A stretch of 45,612 bases of DNA from Candidatus Aenigmatarchaeota archaeon (GCA_038998625.1 JAWADS010000003.1:1-45612); one strand, 5' to 3'. Counted from the first letter of the stretch, positions 1-9,443 are shown. Notes: generated from the sequence alone by a model not told the origin. Numbers and translations are program-made.

Positions 1-2
1 AA

Positions 3-602
3 GACAGAAATCTTTCTTTTGCTTTGTCTGAATTGCAAAGAATTGTATCATTTTTGAATTTATCTAGGCCTATTCATGAAAGAATAGCTAGGTATTATGA
101 AGAAGTTGTAAACAAGGGATTAGTGAGGGGAAGAAGTATAGAATCTGTAATCGCAGCTTTAACTTATACTGTGAGTAGAGAATTTGGATCACCAAGAACC
201 TTAGAGGAAATAGCAGAAGCTGCAGGAGTAGATAAAAGAGAAATAGGAAGAACTTATAGATACATAGCAAGAGAATTGAAAGTAAGAATTTTACCTGCCG
301 ACCCCATAACCTTTGTTCCGAGATTTTGTTCTATGCTAAACCTATCAGACAGAGTCCAAGCTAAAGCTATAGAGATTTTGAAGAAAGCAAAGAAGTTTGA
401 TGTCACAAGTGGAAAGGGCCCAACTGGAGTGGCTGCAGCTGCTATATATATTGCCAGTGTATTAACAGGGGAAAAAAGGACTCAAAGGGAAATTGCTGAA
501 CTTACTGGTATAACCGAAGTGACGATCCGAAACAGACAAAAAGAATTAGTTGAAAAATTAGGAATAGAAGAAGAAGTTGAGAAAAAAGCTAGTGAAGATT
601 AA
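3..602 (+). CDS. tfb: Transcription initiation factor IIB (5' truncated by window edge)
   Basis: Frame is open from the window start (DRNLSFALSEL). Cyclin-repeat motifs GLVRGRSIE, PRTLEEIA, SGKGPTGVAAAAIYIA and TEVTIRNR are present. Confidence 0.97.
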   Translation, partial: DRNLSFALSELQRIVSFLNLSRPIHERIARYYEEVVNKGLVRGRSIESVIAALTYTVSREFGSPRTLEEIAEAAGVDKREIGRTYRYIARELKVRILPADPITFVPRFCSMLNLSDRVQAKAIEILKKAKKFDVTSGKGPTGVAAAAIYIASVLTGEKRTQREIAELTGITEVTIRNRQKELVEKLGIEEEVEKKASED

Positions 603-619
603 GAGTAGAATTTCTATTT

Positions 620-940
620 CTATGTACCTTTTTTGAAGTTGAAGTTATTTTTGTCAATTTCTGAGAGCCAGTGAGACGCTCGCCAAGCAATTTCTTTTAA
701 GACTGATTTTGAAAGATGAAAAGTTTCTGTAGTGTGCCAACGTCCATCTTCTTGCTTTTCCCTCCTTTCTAAAGAAACATTGTTTTTCCATAAGGTCCAG
801 TTTACATTTTTACCTTCTCCTATAGGAATTTTTCCTTTAAGTAATGGTTTTTGTTTTTCTTTTTCTAACCTAAAAATTTCTTTAACTTTTTGTAAATCTT
901 GGGATTTATTTTCACTCATTGAATTTGCTAAACCTTCCAT
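620..940 (-). CDS. Hypothetical protein, possibly PC4/Whirly-like nucleic-acid-binding fold
   Basis: ATG at 940 follows a GGTGGTG SD-like motif. The pattern WTLWKNNVSLERREKQEDGRWHTTETF plus a C-terminal helix resembles PC4-like beta-sheet proteins (inference). Confidence 0.6.
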   Translation of the reverse strand: MEGLANSMSENKSQDLQKVKEIFRLEKEKQKPLLKGKIPIGEGKNVNWTLWKNNVSLERREKQEDGRWHTTETFHLSKSVLKEIAWRASHWLSEIDKNNFNFKKGT

Positions 941-1117
941 TTTCACCACCCTTTTTTGTTTTGTGAGAAGTGTTTTTATTCAGAATAAATAAGATTTTCT
1001 GAAGCTCATTTCCCACCTTTCATAGTTCTAATTATGTTTGAAGGCGATTTTTTAAAAAAGAAGACTTAAATTTTCTTTATTCTTAGAAAAAAATTCATTT
1101 CGTTTATTTTCTTCACA

Positions 1118-1164
1118 TTTATATAGATTACGGACCACCAATGGTGGTTCTAAATCTATATAAA
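1118..1164. promoter_or_regulatory. 47-bp palindrome copy A (divergent TATA boxes around ACCAC-N5-GTGGT)
   Basis: TTTATATAGATTACGGACCAC CAATG GTGGTTCTAAATCTATATAAA lies between divergent genes. The right TATATAAA ends 22 nt before ATG 1187. Confidence 0.8.
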
Positions 1165-1186
1165 CCCCCTTTTTCAAAACTTTTTT

Positions 1187-1606
1187 ATGTTAAATTTAGT
1201 TCCAACCCTTTATGATACGAAGATTTTTCCTGATCCTCGAGTTTCTGAAATTATTGAAGAATCAAAGAAAAAAGTTGCAGAATATTTCAAAATACCAAAG
1301 TATTTGCTTGATGGTGTTAAATTTAAGATATCCAAATTACCAGAATTTTATCAAATCGGAATGAAATTTGTTGATGGTTATTTGGTAAAATATATAAAGA
1401 AGGTGGGGAAAGTTCTAGGTTTATTTTTTCCTTATAAAAATGAAATCTACTTAGATTATGAAAATTTATACGATGAAAAACTTTTGAAAAGAACTATAAT
1501 TCATGAACTTGTTCACAAGGCGCAAGAAGTTTTTGGAAGGATTTATAGCTTGCCAAGATATTTAATTGAAAAAGAAGCATATGAAGTTACAAATAAATTG
1601 GCTTAA
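1187..1606 (+). CDS. Small HEXXH zinc-metallopeptidase-like protein
   Basis: TIIHELVHKAQ motif with a downstream EKEA helix (gluzincin-like third ligand) and upstream GLF...EIYLD strands. Confidence 0.7.
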   Translation: MLNLVPTLYDTKIFPDPRVSEIIEESKKKVAEYFKIPKYLLDGVKFKISKLPEFYQIGMKFVDGYLVKYIKKVGKVLGLFFPYKNEIYLDYENLYDEKLLKRTIIHELVHKAQEVFGRIYSLPRYLIEKEAYEVTNKLA

Positions 1607-2073
1607 TGTTTTATTTTATCACAAAAAATTTTGACTTGCATTTCAGGCATTTTCAACTTATGTTCTTGAACTTTATTTTCATCGTAAATATGAATAACTT
1701 TATAACCAAGCGCAGTTAATGCTTCTGCAATATATCTGCGATGGCAACGAAAGAACAAAAGCTCTGCACAAGTAATTACAACATTTTTATAATCAATTAT
1801 TTCCATCAATTTTTTTATAGCATCTGCAAACTCAGAAGTTTTTGTAAATGCTTCATATCCTTCTTTTCTAAATCCTCCAAGTTCTGGATAATGTAAATAA
1901 TCAATCTTATTTCTCCTTAATTCTATTTCTAAATTCTCCTTGTTAAACCACGGAAATTTTTTACTAGAAGGAAATTTTCTTACATCAATCAATAAATCTA
2001 TTTTGAAATGTTTCAAAATTTTAAGGAATTCTCCAAAGCTTCTAGTGGAGTGACCAATCGTAAAAATTTTCAT
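1603..2073 (-). CDS. DUF488 family protein
   Basis: MKIFTIGHSTR, LIDVRKFPSS, ELGGFR and CAE...RCHRR motifs. Start moved to the ATG at 2073. Confidence 0.9.
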   Translation of the reverse strand: MKIFTIGHSTRSFGEFLKILKHFKIDLLIDVRKFPSSKKFPWFNKENLEIELRRNKIDYLHYPELGGFRKEGYEAFTKTSEFADAIKKLMEIIDYKNVVITCAELLFFRCHRRYIAEALTALGYKVIHIYDENKVQEHKLKMPEMQVKIFCDKIKH

Positions 2074-2077
2074 AAAT

Positions 2078-3235
2078 TTATTTCTTTCCTTCCTCACTAA
2101 TTTCTTTATCTTTCAAAACTTTAGCTAAGTCATGAATCAATTTTCTTACATATTCTCTCATTTCATAAACTTCCTTATCAGAAATCTCATGGATTTTTTT
2201 CTCATCTGACTTTTTCTTTAATTCTTCTACCCTCTTCCATACATCCCAATAATAAGGTTCAATTATCTTTTTATCAATAAATTCTTGTTTAAAGGTTACT
2301 GGAATTTCTTCTTGCTTAGGATTTTTATTTAAACTCTTCAAAGCTGTTAATGCTGCTTTATACATAACTTCATGCGTCCTCTCCAAAATTTTCTCCCTTT
2401 TTCTTATTTCTAAAGCATTTAGCAGGGCGAACATTTTATCCACAAATTTTTCAGCCCTATCTAACCATTCATCCACAAATTGTCCTGATGCATCCATCAA
2501 TTCTTTATGTTCAATTTTTTTCCTAATTTCAATTATTTCCCTTAGCCATTCAGCATATTGTGGTTCCAAAATTCCTGGTTCCACTAAAAATTTTTTCACT
2601 TCTTCATAAGCTTTACTTGGAACTGGTGGTGATAAACCCATGAACATTAAAACAGCTTGGGCAGAATTCAGAATAGCATAATAAACATCTTCTGCTAACA
2701 TTAACAATTTTACAGTTTTTGCCCTCATAATTTTCTTTGGTGCCCCTTCCATGTAATTTTCTATAGCTTCCCTTGTGGTTGGAATTCTACCCATTTCTAA
2801 AAGTTTTTTAATTGGAGCAAAGAATCCAGTATCATAAAGGGGCAAACCTTCTTTAATGAAATTGTATATTATAGGATGAGCTACTCTTGCGTAATCCCAA
2901 AATTCAGTTAGAGTATAGCTAGGCTGTACAGAAATTTTTTCAGAAATCTCCTTTGCTATCTTTTCCATTTCTTCATCTAGTTTGTCCAAAAATTCTGGTG
3001 TGACTTCGTTAAACTGAGTGTCATCAACAATAACAAAAATATCTATGTCACTAGTTGGTTTAAATTCTTCTCTTACTACAGAGCCCATCATTACTATGGC
3101 TTTTATATATTTTCCATATTTTTCTAAAATTTTCTTGGAGAATTCTTCAGCTTTTTTTAAAATTTCTTCTTTTGTTTCTTGCCTCTTCTCATTTTTTGTT
3201 TTTTCAGTCTTTTCTTCTTTGTTCATATAAACCAA
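2078..3235 (-). CDS. Nucleotidyltransferase-HEPN fusion protein (385 aa)
   Basis: Pol-beta type GS...DIDIFVIVDD motif, followed by a helical HEPN-like domain with an intact Rx4H (RKKIEH) and an extra C-terminal helical domain. Confidence 0.85.
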   Translation of the reverse strand: MVYMNKEEKTEKTKNEKRQETKEEILKKAEEFSKKILEKYGKYIKAIVMMGSVVREEFKPTSDIDIFVIVDDTQFNEVTPEFLDKLDEEMEKIAKEISEKISVQPSYTLTEFWDYARVAHPIIYNFIKEGLPLYDTGFFAPIKKLLEMGRIPTTREAIENYMEGAPKKIMRAKTVKLLMLAEDVYYAILNSAQAVLMFMGLSPPVPSKAYEEVKKFLVEPGILEPQYAEWLREIIEIRKKIEHKELMDASGQFVDEWLDRAEKFVDKMFALLNALEIRKREKILERTHEVMYKAALTALKSLNKNPKQEEIPVTFKQEFIDKKIIEPYYWDVWKRVEELKKKSDEKKIHEISDKEVYEMREYVRKLIHDLAKVLKDKEISEEGKK

Positions 3236-3279
3236 TAATAACTTTGCCTATTTAAACATAAGCATATCAACACAAATTA

Positions 3280-4134
3280 TTACTCCTCTATTTCACTCAG
3301 TTCTTCTCCCAAAACTTCTTTAGGAATTAATTTTTTAAACCTCTCTACAATTTTTTCTGTTAGTTGAAGGGTTTTCTCTAAATACTCCCCTCTAACATCT
3401 TTTACTATTTTATGATCAATATCTTTCCATAGCTTATCCAACTCTTTAAATTTCTCTATATATTCCTCTTCCAGCTTATTTTCTTTCACTAATCTTTCCA
3501 AAAATTTGGGTATATCTTTTGGATCAGGTTGAGCTTTGTAGTGAAACATAACGGCAGATTGAATCATATCTATCGCAGTATAGCGCAAATCAAAAACAAT
3601 TGCTTTTAAATCTAACTTTATTTTTTTGAGTCGGGCTTCACTAGCCTTTGCTTTTAAAGAAATGGTTTCTTCGCTGGGCGGAATTAAACCCATTTGAAGC
3701 ATTCTTTGAATAGGCTTAATGAAACCTGTATCGTAAATTGCTAAACCATATCTCAAAAAGTTAACTAATTCAGGCGAACCATGCCTTATCCATTCCCAGA
3801 ATTTTGTGAGGGCATGAACTTGGATATGTAAATCTTTTAGTTCATGGGCCATTAAATAAAGATGGGAAATAATTTTTTCAAAATCCTCTGTTGATTTAGT
3901 AGCAGTATCATCAAGGATAACAAAAGCATCCACATCACTCCCCTTTGTCATAGTTCCTTTAACAGCAGAGCCAAAAATCACAACCGATTTTACAATATCT
4001 CCATATTGTTTTCTAGCATCATTGGTAAACTTTACTACTTTGGCTATAACATCACTAGGCACTTTTATTTCTTCTTTTTCTTTTTTAGCTAATTTCACAT
4101 CCTCCAACTCTTTTTCTAAATTCTCAATATCCAT
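3280..4134 (-). CDS. Nucleotidyltransferase-HEPN-like protein, paralogue of neighbour
   Basis: FGSAVKG...SDVDAFVILDD motif. Shares LTxFW and YDTGFxxPI with the upstream-coordinate paralogue. WKDIDH stands in place of Rx4H. Confidence 0.85.
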   Translation of the reverse strand: MDIENLEKELEDVKLAKKEKEEIKVPSDVIAKVVKFTNDARKQYGDIVKSVVIFGSAVKGTMTKGSDVDAFVILDDTATKSTEDFEKIISHLYLMAHELKDLHIQVHALTKFWEWIRHGSPELVNFLRYGLAIYDTGFIKPIQRMLQMGLIPPSEETISLKAKASEARLKKIKLDLKAIVFDLRYTAIDMIQSAVMFHYKAQPDPKDIPKFLERLVKENKLEEEYIEKFKELDKLWKDIDHKIVKDVRGEYLEKTLQLTEKIVERFKKLIPKEVLGEELSEIEE

Positions 4135-4179
4135 ATTACACCTTTACACAATAAACCGATTTAAATTTAAAGTCTGTTG

Positions 4180-6198
4180 TTATCTAAATCTTTCCTTTCT
4201 CCATTCTTCAACTTTTCCTTTTTCTACAACAGCCCTACCCAAAAATCCATGTTCTTCTTCGGGCACTATAATTAAACCTTTTAACGGATCTAAGGCATGC
4301 TCTCTAATAACAACAATCTGCCTTTCCATGGATGCCACCTGACCAATATCTATACCAAAAAACTTTTTAAATTCTTCTGGTTTGTTTAGAATATCTTCAG
4401 GTTTTATATTTTTTTCCAAGAATTCAACGATTATTTTCAAGGCTGTTATACTTTGTCTTACTTCTTGAGGTGACCCCCTTTCGAAAATTATGTAGACTTC
4501 TTTTCCTTTACCCATACCTTTTTGTTGTAATTTAAAGTAAATTTTATATAAATACCACATTGCTTCAGTTCCTAAAGGAATATGAATGTGGGCAGGCATG
4601 AGAACAGAAGGATAACCGGAATGAATTATCCTTACAAATTTACCAGCATCTTCTGGCATTAAATCTACAACTATATCAGGATCTATATTGGAAGAAAGCA
4701 AATGCTCAAGATCAATAGCGATACCCATGATTTTTCCTTCAGGATCAATTTCCTTTATCAAATAGTACATTTGTAAAGGATTAGGCAGCCTTGACCATTC
4801 TGCTATTAAAGGTGAGCTCATGGGCGTCTCCAAAGCGAAAAATATTTTCCCTTTTGCATCTTCCAAAACTTTTTTTAAATCATATCTTTTATGAATAGTG
4901 TCATCAGGACACTTAGACTGCATAAAGTGCCCCCAAATATATTTTGCTGAAACAGCGGGGACCCAAAGCCTAAAATCTAGTTGGAACTGTTCATCATCTA
5001 TGGAAAATCTTTCTATTCTATGTTCTTTTTTCCAATCTTCAACAGTATAATCTTTTTTATTCTTTCTTTTTTTCTCGAACTCAACAAGATATTTTACATT
5101 AATATCAACAATATTTTTCCAAAGGGGGTCATTTGTTAATTCCATATATTTAGCGATTATGTAGTAAGCTATTCTTTCGGAGCCATAGGCTAAGTTTACA
5201 CTTTCAATTGCTTCTTTAAATCTAGTTATCCATCTTTCTTCCACAATCTGCTTTAAAGTTAGATATTCTTTCTTTTCTTTTTCATCTAATTCTGCTGGAT
5301 TCAATTCTTTTCTTTTAACAGCCTCAGCTTTTTCTAACTTTTCTTTTAATCTCTTATAAATTTCCCTTCTTTCCCTTCTTTCCTTTAAAGATATTTCTGT
5401 TGTTAATATACTTTGTTGAAAATATCCCATTTCCCTTTCTAATTTAAGTTTTTCTTCTTCAGGTAATTGTATTTTTTTTTCAATTATTTGCATTAATTTT
5501 TCTTTTCTTTCTTCCAACTCTATTTTCAATCTATTTAATTCATCTTCCATATGGGGAATTTCTATTTCAAGGGACCTAATAGTTTCATTAACATTATCCT
5601 TTATCGCTTCGAATAAAGAAGGTAGATGTAAGATTTCCATTATATTTTTTTGTCTAACGGCCCATTGGAGTAAAGGGATATCATTTCCTAATTCATCCTT
5701 TGCAAAAATTTTTTTGATTTTTGTTTCTTCCAAAAAATAAGTTAAAGGTCTACCCCAAAAATCCACAAGCTGCAAAGGCTCCAATTGTCTCGAGGCTAAG
5801 AGGAAAGAATAAGATTCTGAAGAATGAACGAGCATGTATTTAGCCCCCAATTTTATACAGTTTTCCAAAATGTAATAATGTCTTTCATGGGAAAACCTAT
5901 ACTTATCAGCAATGCTTTCATCTAAATATGGCAGTTCAATTTCCCCAAAAGCTTTGGCTTCACTATGTATACCAAAATTTATTCCAAGCTTTTCTATAGC
6001 TTCCTTTACTTTTTTTTCTAAATGTGGTTCGTTGAATTCAGCTATTGATTCTAAATCTACCTGTGCAAACCTTACACCTTGCATCAAAGGAAAGCCAGAA
6101 ATTTTTCTAGCAATTCCAATATATTGTAGTCCGCCTTCTCCTTCTTGTCCTCTAGCTATGCCCCAAAGACCTGAAGAAATGCCTACAATATAGGGCAT
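4180..6198 (-). CDS. Endonuclease IV / xylose-isomerase-like TIM-barrel metalloprotein with large coiled-coil insertion
   Basis: Ordered metal-ligand motifs GIHSE, LVHSS, ALETP, IDLEH, IIHSG, AHIHIPLG and IFERG, with a long E/K/R-rich helical insert between LVHSS and ALETP. Confidence 0.7.
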   Translation of the reverse strand: MPYIVGISSGLWGIARGQEGEGGLQYIGIARKISGFPLMQGVRFAQVDLESIAEFNEPHLEKKVKEAIEKLGINFGIHSEAKAFGEIELPYLDESIADKYRFSHERHYYILENCIKLGAKYMLVHSSESYSFLLASRQLEPLQLVDFWGRPLTYFLEETKIKKIFAKDELGNDIPLLQWAVRQKNIMEILHLPSLFEAIKDNVNETIRSLEIEIPHMEDELNRLKIELEERKEKLMQIIEKKIQLPEEEKLKLEREMGYFQQSILTTEISLKERRERREIYKRLKEKLEKAEAVKRKELNPAELDEKEKKEYLTLKQIVEERWITRFKEAIESVNLAYGSERIAYYIIAKYMELTNDPLWKNIVDINVKYLVEFEKKRKNKKDYTVEDWKKEHRIERFSIDDEQFQLDFRLWVPAVSAKYIWGHFMQSKCPDDTIHKRYDLKKVLEDAKGKIFFALETPMSSPLIAEWSRLPNPLQMYYLIKEIDPEGKIMGIAIDLEHLLSSNIDPDIVVDLMPEDAGKFVRIIHSGYPSVLMPAHIHIPLGTEAMWYLYKIYFKLQQKGMGKGKEVYIIFERGSPQEVRQSITALKIIVEFLEKNIKPEDILNKPEEFKKFFGIDIGQVASMERQIVVIREHALDPLKGLIIVPEEEHGFLGRAVVEKGKVEEWRKERFR

Positions 6199-7928
6199 TA
6201 GGCTCTAACCCCCGGAACATTGAAAGCAGATTTAAAGTAATCTACTATTGTTGCAAACATTCTACCTGAAGGTATCTGATAATATTTAGCTAGCCTATGA
6301 TGCATAGCAAACTCATAAGGCCCCCATGCTCTGAAGAATGAAATTTCCAACCCAAGGGAAGAGAAAAACTTTCCAATTTTTTCTCTCAACTTTCTAAACG
6401 TTTCGCTAGGTGGTGCTACTTCTCTTATCTTTTCAGGCTCTCCATAAATTTCTGGATATTCCTCTTTAAAAATTTCTTCTATATCGCGCGGAATTTTTAT
6501 TCCGAACTCACCCATCAATTGTTTTATATAAATTTCCATTTCTTTTTCTCTTGCTTTTAATTCCAAAATCCTTCCAATTATTATATTTTGGGAGTTTGTT
6601 GCTGTCTTTAATGAGGGTGCTAACATTAAATCTTCTATTTCAGAGCCATCTGGTAGTCGAATTACCGCTCGCATTATAGGAAGATCAACAAAAATGAAAT
6701 AGGGACTAAAAACCCATGCTTCCCCTCCAGTACTTTGCAGTCCCCTCAAACCTTTTTCAAATTCATCCACTAACTCTTCCCTTGCTTTTAGCATGTCATA
6801 AGCAGTAAGTCGAACATTATACTTTTTTTCAATTTTTTCTTTTATTTTTCTTACAATATAATCAATGGAAGGTTCAATGGGTAAAGCCTTTACCGTTCCT
6901 TTCCACCTTTCCCCCTTTTCTTCACGATACTTTTTCCTTATTTCCTCTATCTCACTTTGGGTAAAACCAGCTTTGGTCGCAGGTATTTCATCTAGTGGCA
7001 CTTCTCTTGTGATTTTATATTTTTCTGATGGTGCAAATGGTTTCCATGCCCAAACATGCATGAAATCAACGGATAATGCTTGAGTATCAGGCCTCAAAAT
7101 ACTTCTCAAAAAATCACTTCTTGCTGCCGGTGAACTTAATGCGTCGGTTATCATTTTATATCTCGCTATTGTTGGCTTTAGCATTTCTTTATATTCTTCC
7201 ACAGATTTTCTTCTTGCCTCTAAAAGCCTCCTCAAATTCTCATATCTTTCCTTTACTGTAGGAAGAAACAAATTATCCCTCCATTCTAAAAAAAGCTTAT
7301 TTTTCATTGCTAGAATGACGCCCTCTGCTTCTGAAACATTTAAACGAGAAGCAATTTTTTTAGGATCTAAATCATCATCCTTTAATTGCATAAAATCTAC
7401 TATTATTGTGGGCCACCTCACCACTATGCTACGTAAAGCGATAGGAGTATTGGGTAAGTCAGTATACGCATCAACTTGATCAATAAAAATAGAGCGTAGA
7501 GTTTGATTGGCCTGCAATATCAATTTTTCATCTTTAAGCCTCTTTCCTTTTTCCAATAATTGATAATAATCCATGAATTCTTTATATTTTCTTAAATCAT
7601 GCTGCAAAAGTTCGAGATCAGATATTGCTGTAGCTATGCTGGCTAATCCTGCTTTAATTTGAGCTTGCAATTGTTCACGTTGAGATATGGTTAAGTCATA
7701 ATAAGCTTTGAAGACAGGTGAAACAAATACCCATTCATCAACTTTGAATCTAACAAACCCCCATTTAGGTAGCTGAAAAACTATGCCATAATAAACGCCT
7801 GTTGCTTTCCCGGGCGGAGCAGTAAAGTCTAGATACTCCTCTGCATTTAGCGGCACAGCATTTACTCCTTCACCAGGTTTCAAATCTTTTCCAGCCGGCT
7901 CAGGACCTAAAGGATATTCAATCGGCAT
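6198..7928 (-). CDS. Hypothetical protein with coiled-coil segments (576 aa)
   Basis: Long ORF whose stop overlaps the next start by 1 nt (TAATG). Heptad-like stretches such as QREQLQAQIKAGLASIATAISDLELLQHDL. Confidence 0.85.
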   Translation of the reverse strand: MPIEYPLGPEPAGKDLKPGEGVNAVPLNAEEYLDFTAPPGKATGVYYGIVFQLPKWGFVRFKVDEWVFVSPVFKAYYDLTISQREQLQAQIKAGLASIATAISDLELLQHDLRKYKEFMDYYQLLEKGKRLKDEKLILQANQTLRSIFIDQVDAYTDLPNTPIALRSIVVRWPTIIVDFMQLKDDDLDPKKIASRLNVSEAEGVILAMKNKLFLEWRDNLFLPTVKERYENLRRLLEARRKSVEEYKEMLKPTIARYKMITDALSSPAARSDFLRSILRPDTQALSVDFMHVWAWKPFAPSEKYKITREVPLDEIPATKAGFTQSEIEEIRKKYREEKGERWKGTVKALPIEPSIDYIVRKIKEKIEKKYNVRLTAYDMLKAREELVDEFEKGLRGLQSTGGEAWVFSPYFIFVDLPIMRAVIRLPDGSEIEDLMLAPSLKTATNSQNIIIGRILELKAREKEMEIYIKQLMGEFGIKIPRDIEEIFKEEYPEIYGEPEKIREVAPPSETFRKLREKIGKFFSSLGLEISFFRAWGPYEFAMHHRLAKYYQIPSGRMFATIVDYFKSAFNVPGVRA

Positions 7929-7967
7929 ATAAAATAAATTTTTGTTTTTTTGGTATTAAGTTTAGTT

Positions 7968-8129
7968 TTATGTTAGAAATAGATAAACCCCAATACCCAT
8001 CAAAATTAGGCCTACAAAAACTCCAGCATTGCCCATGCTTTCCGATTGATAACCTAAAATCCACGGTAGTTTTGTAAATATTAAAAATCCTAATAAGAAA
8101 ATTCCCAAACCTAAAAGTTTTGTTGCCAT
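7968..8129 (-). CDS. Small two-TM membrane protein (53 aa), absent from ORF track
   Basis: Manual translation: MATKLLGLGIFLLGFLIFTKLPWILGYQSESMGNAGVFVGLILMGIGVYLFLT. Starts 3 nt after the stop of its neighbour. Confidence 0.75.
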   Translation of the reverse strand: MATKLLGLGIFLLGFLIFTKLPWILGYQSESMGNAGVFVGLILMGIGVYLFLT

Positions 8130-8132
8130 AAT

Positions 8133-8279
8133 TTATTTTAGAAACTGAAGGCCTATATACATTAACAAAGGGCCAAAAATTATTTCTATCAAAAAATTTT
8201 GATAATTTTTTTGATAAAATGCAAAAAATGAAAGCATTAAACCTAGTACAAATAAGAAGCCTCCTAAAATTTTTATCAT
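8133..8279 (-). CDS. Small two-TM membrane protein (48 aa), absent from ORF track
   Basis: Manual translation: MIKILGGFLFVLGLMLSFFAFYQKNYQNFLIEIIFGPLLMYIGLQFLK. Similar pattern to 7968-8129. Confidence 0.7.
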   Translation of the reverse strand: MIKILGGFLFVLGLMLSFFAFYQKNYQNFLIEIIFGPLLMYIGLQFLK

Positions 8280-8349
8280 AAAATTTAATTCAAAACCAAA
8301 AATTTAATATCTTTTTAGCTTATTGAAACAAATAATTTTTAAGAGGAAC

Positions 8350-8904
8350 ATGCCAGTCTTTGCTAGAACTAAATTAGTCATACATGATGATTGTTTATCC
8401 CCAGCACCAGGTTCGCCCCTACCAGGAGCAGCCACCATATCACTGAAATATACTGGCCCGAATCCTCAAAATCTTTATGAGCAAATAAAAAAGTTTATTG
8501 TTGCAGTTTTCGCCATTCCAGAGAAAGATATTTTAGAGAGAGAATTCTTCTGGGACAGAAGTAAGCCAGACGAAGTCTTTAGAGTAACTTTTGAATTTGT
8601 TAAGGATTTAGATGCCTTTTCCTTCATGGAAATTATTATTAGCTTAAGCGGCGTGGCAAAGCCAAGCAGACATTTTGGAAAAGAAGGTAGTGCAGAAATA
8701 AGGATTGAAGGTAGGCTTAGAACAGAATATCCTCAAGATACATTGTGGCAAAGAAGTTTATTATATGAAATGTTTAGAGTATTTTATCATAAAATTATTT
8801 ACGAAGAAAAGAGAAAGAAGTATAAAGAGGAGTGTTGGAATTTGATAAATAAATTACAAAATGAAATAAAATCTTTTCTTAATATTTTACCAAAAACAAG
8901 TTGA
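8350..8904 (+). CDS. Hypothetical protein, paralogue 1 (DDCLxP...GPNP family)
   Basis: ATG 8350 follows a GAGGA SD-like motif. Clear similarity to the next ORF. Confidence 0.85.
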   Translation: MPVFARTKLVIHDDCLSPAPGSPLPGAATISLKYTGPNPQNLYEQIKKFIVAVFAIPEKDILEREFFWDRSKPDEVFRVTFEFVKDLDAFSFMEIIISLSGVAKPSRHFGKEGSAEIRIEGRLRTEYPQDTLWQRSLLYEMFRVFYHKIIYEEKRKKYKEECWNLINKLQNEIKSFLNILPKTS

Positions 8905-9419
8905 GTGAACTTATGCCAGTATGGAGATTGGAAGATGATTGCCTAGCGCCTACTGCTACATTGAGAATAGATTTTGAAGGACCAAATCCTTTTTTAATTT
9001 ATCAGAGGGCAGGAGAAATATTGAGAAGAATTTTTCAAGTAGAAACTGCAGATTATTGGGAAAGGGATTTTCGTTGGGACATTTCTTCAGATCCAAGAGA
9101 TTTTTTTGTTAGAATTTTTATTAACAAAGGAGTTGATGTGAGAACAAAAATACTTGCTGAAGTGGTTATGCAAGGAAAACAGCCCAGTGATCCTAGCAAG
9201 AATGGTAAGGTTACAATATTTATAAGTGCAAGATTAATCACAGAATATAGAATGGATACAATTTTTCAAAAATCCCCTATTTACAAATTTTTCCTTTGGT
9301 TATACCATAAAACCCTTTACAATGAAGTAAGGAGAGGTTATTTAAGTTTTTGTCAAAATCTTTTAACTAAAGTATATAATGAATTCAGATCTGTTTTGGA
9401 AATGTCAGTAAAAGTTTAA
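8901..9419 (+). CDS. Hypothetical protein, paralogue 2 (DDCLxP...GPNP family)
   Basis: 4-nt overlap with the previous gene. Shared DDCL, GPNP, ERxFxWD, RLxTEY and YHKxxY motifs. Confidence 0.8.
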   Translation: MSELMPVWRLEDDCLAPTATLRIDFEGPNPFLIYQRAGEILRRIFQVETADYWERDFRWDISSDPRDFFVRIFINKGVDVRTKILAEVVMQGKQPSDPSKNGKVTIFISARLITEYRMDTIFQKSPIYKFFLWLYHKTLYNEVRRGYLSFCQNLLTKVYNEFRSVLEMSVKV

Positions 9420-9443
9420 TATTAAACAAACTAAATTGTGTTT

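Noticed and set aside
1118-1164. Xer dif site or ORB replication origin
   Set aside because: Arm length and spacer do not fit the 11-6-11 dif layout, there are several copies, no G-string ORB consensus is seen, and no cdc6/orc1 lies in the window.
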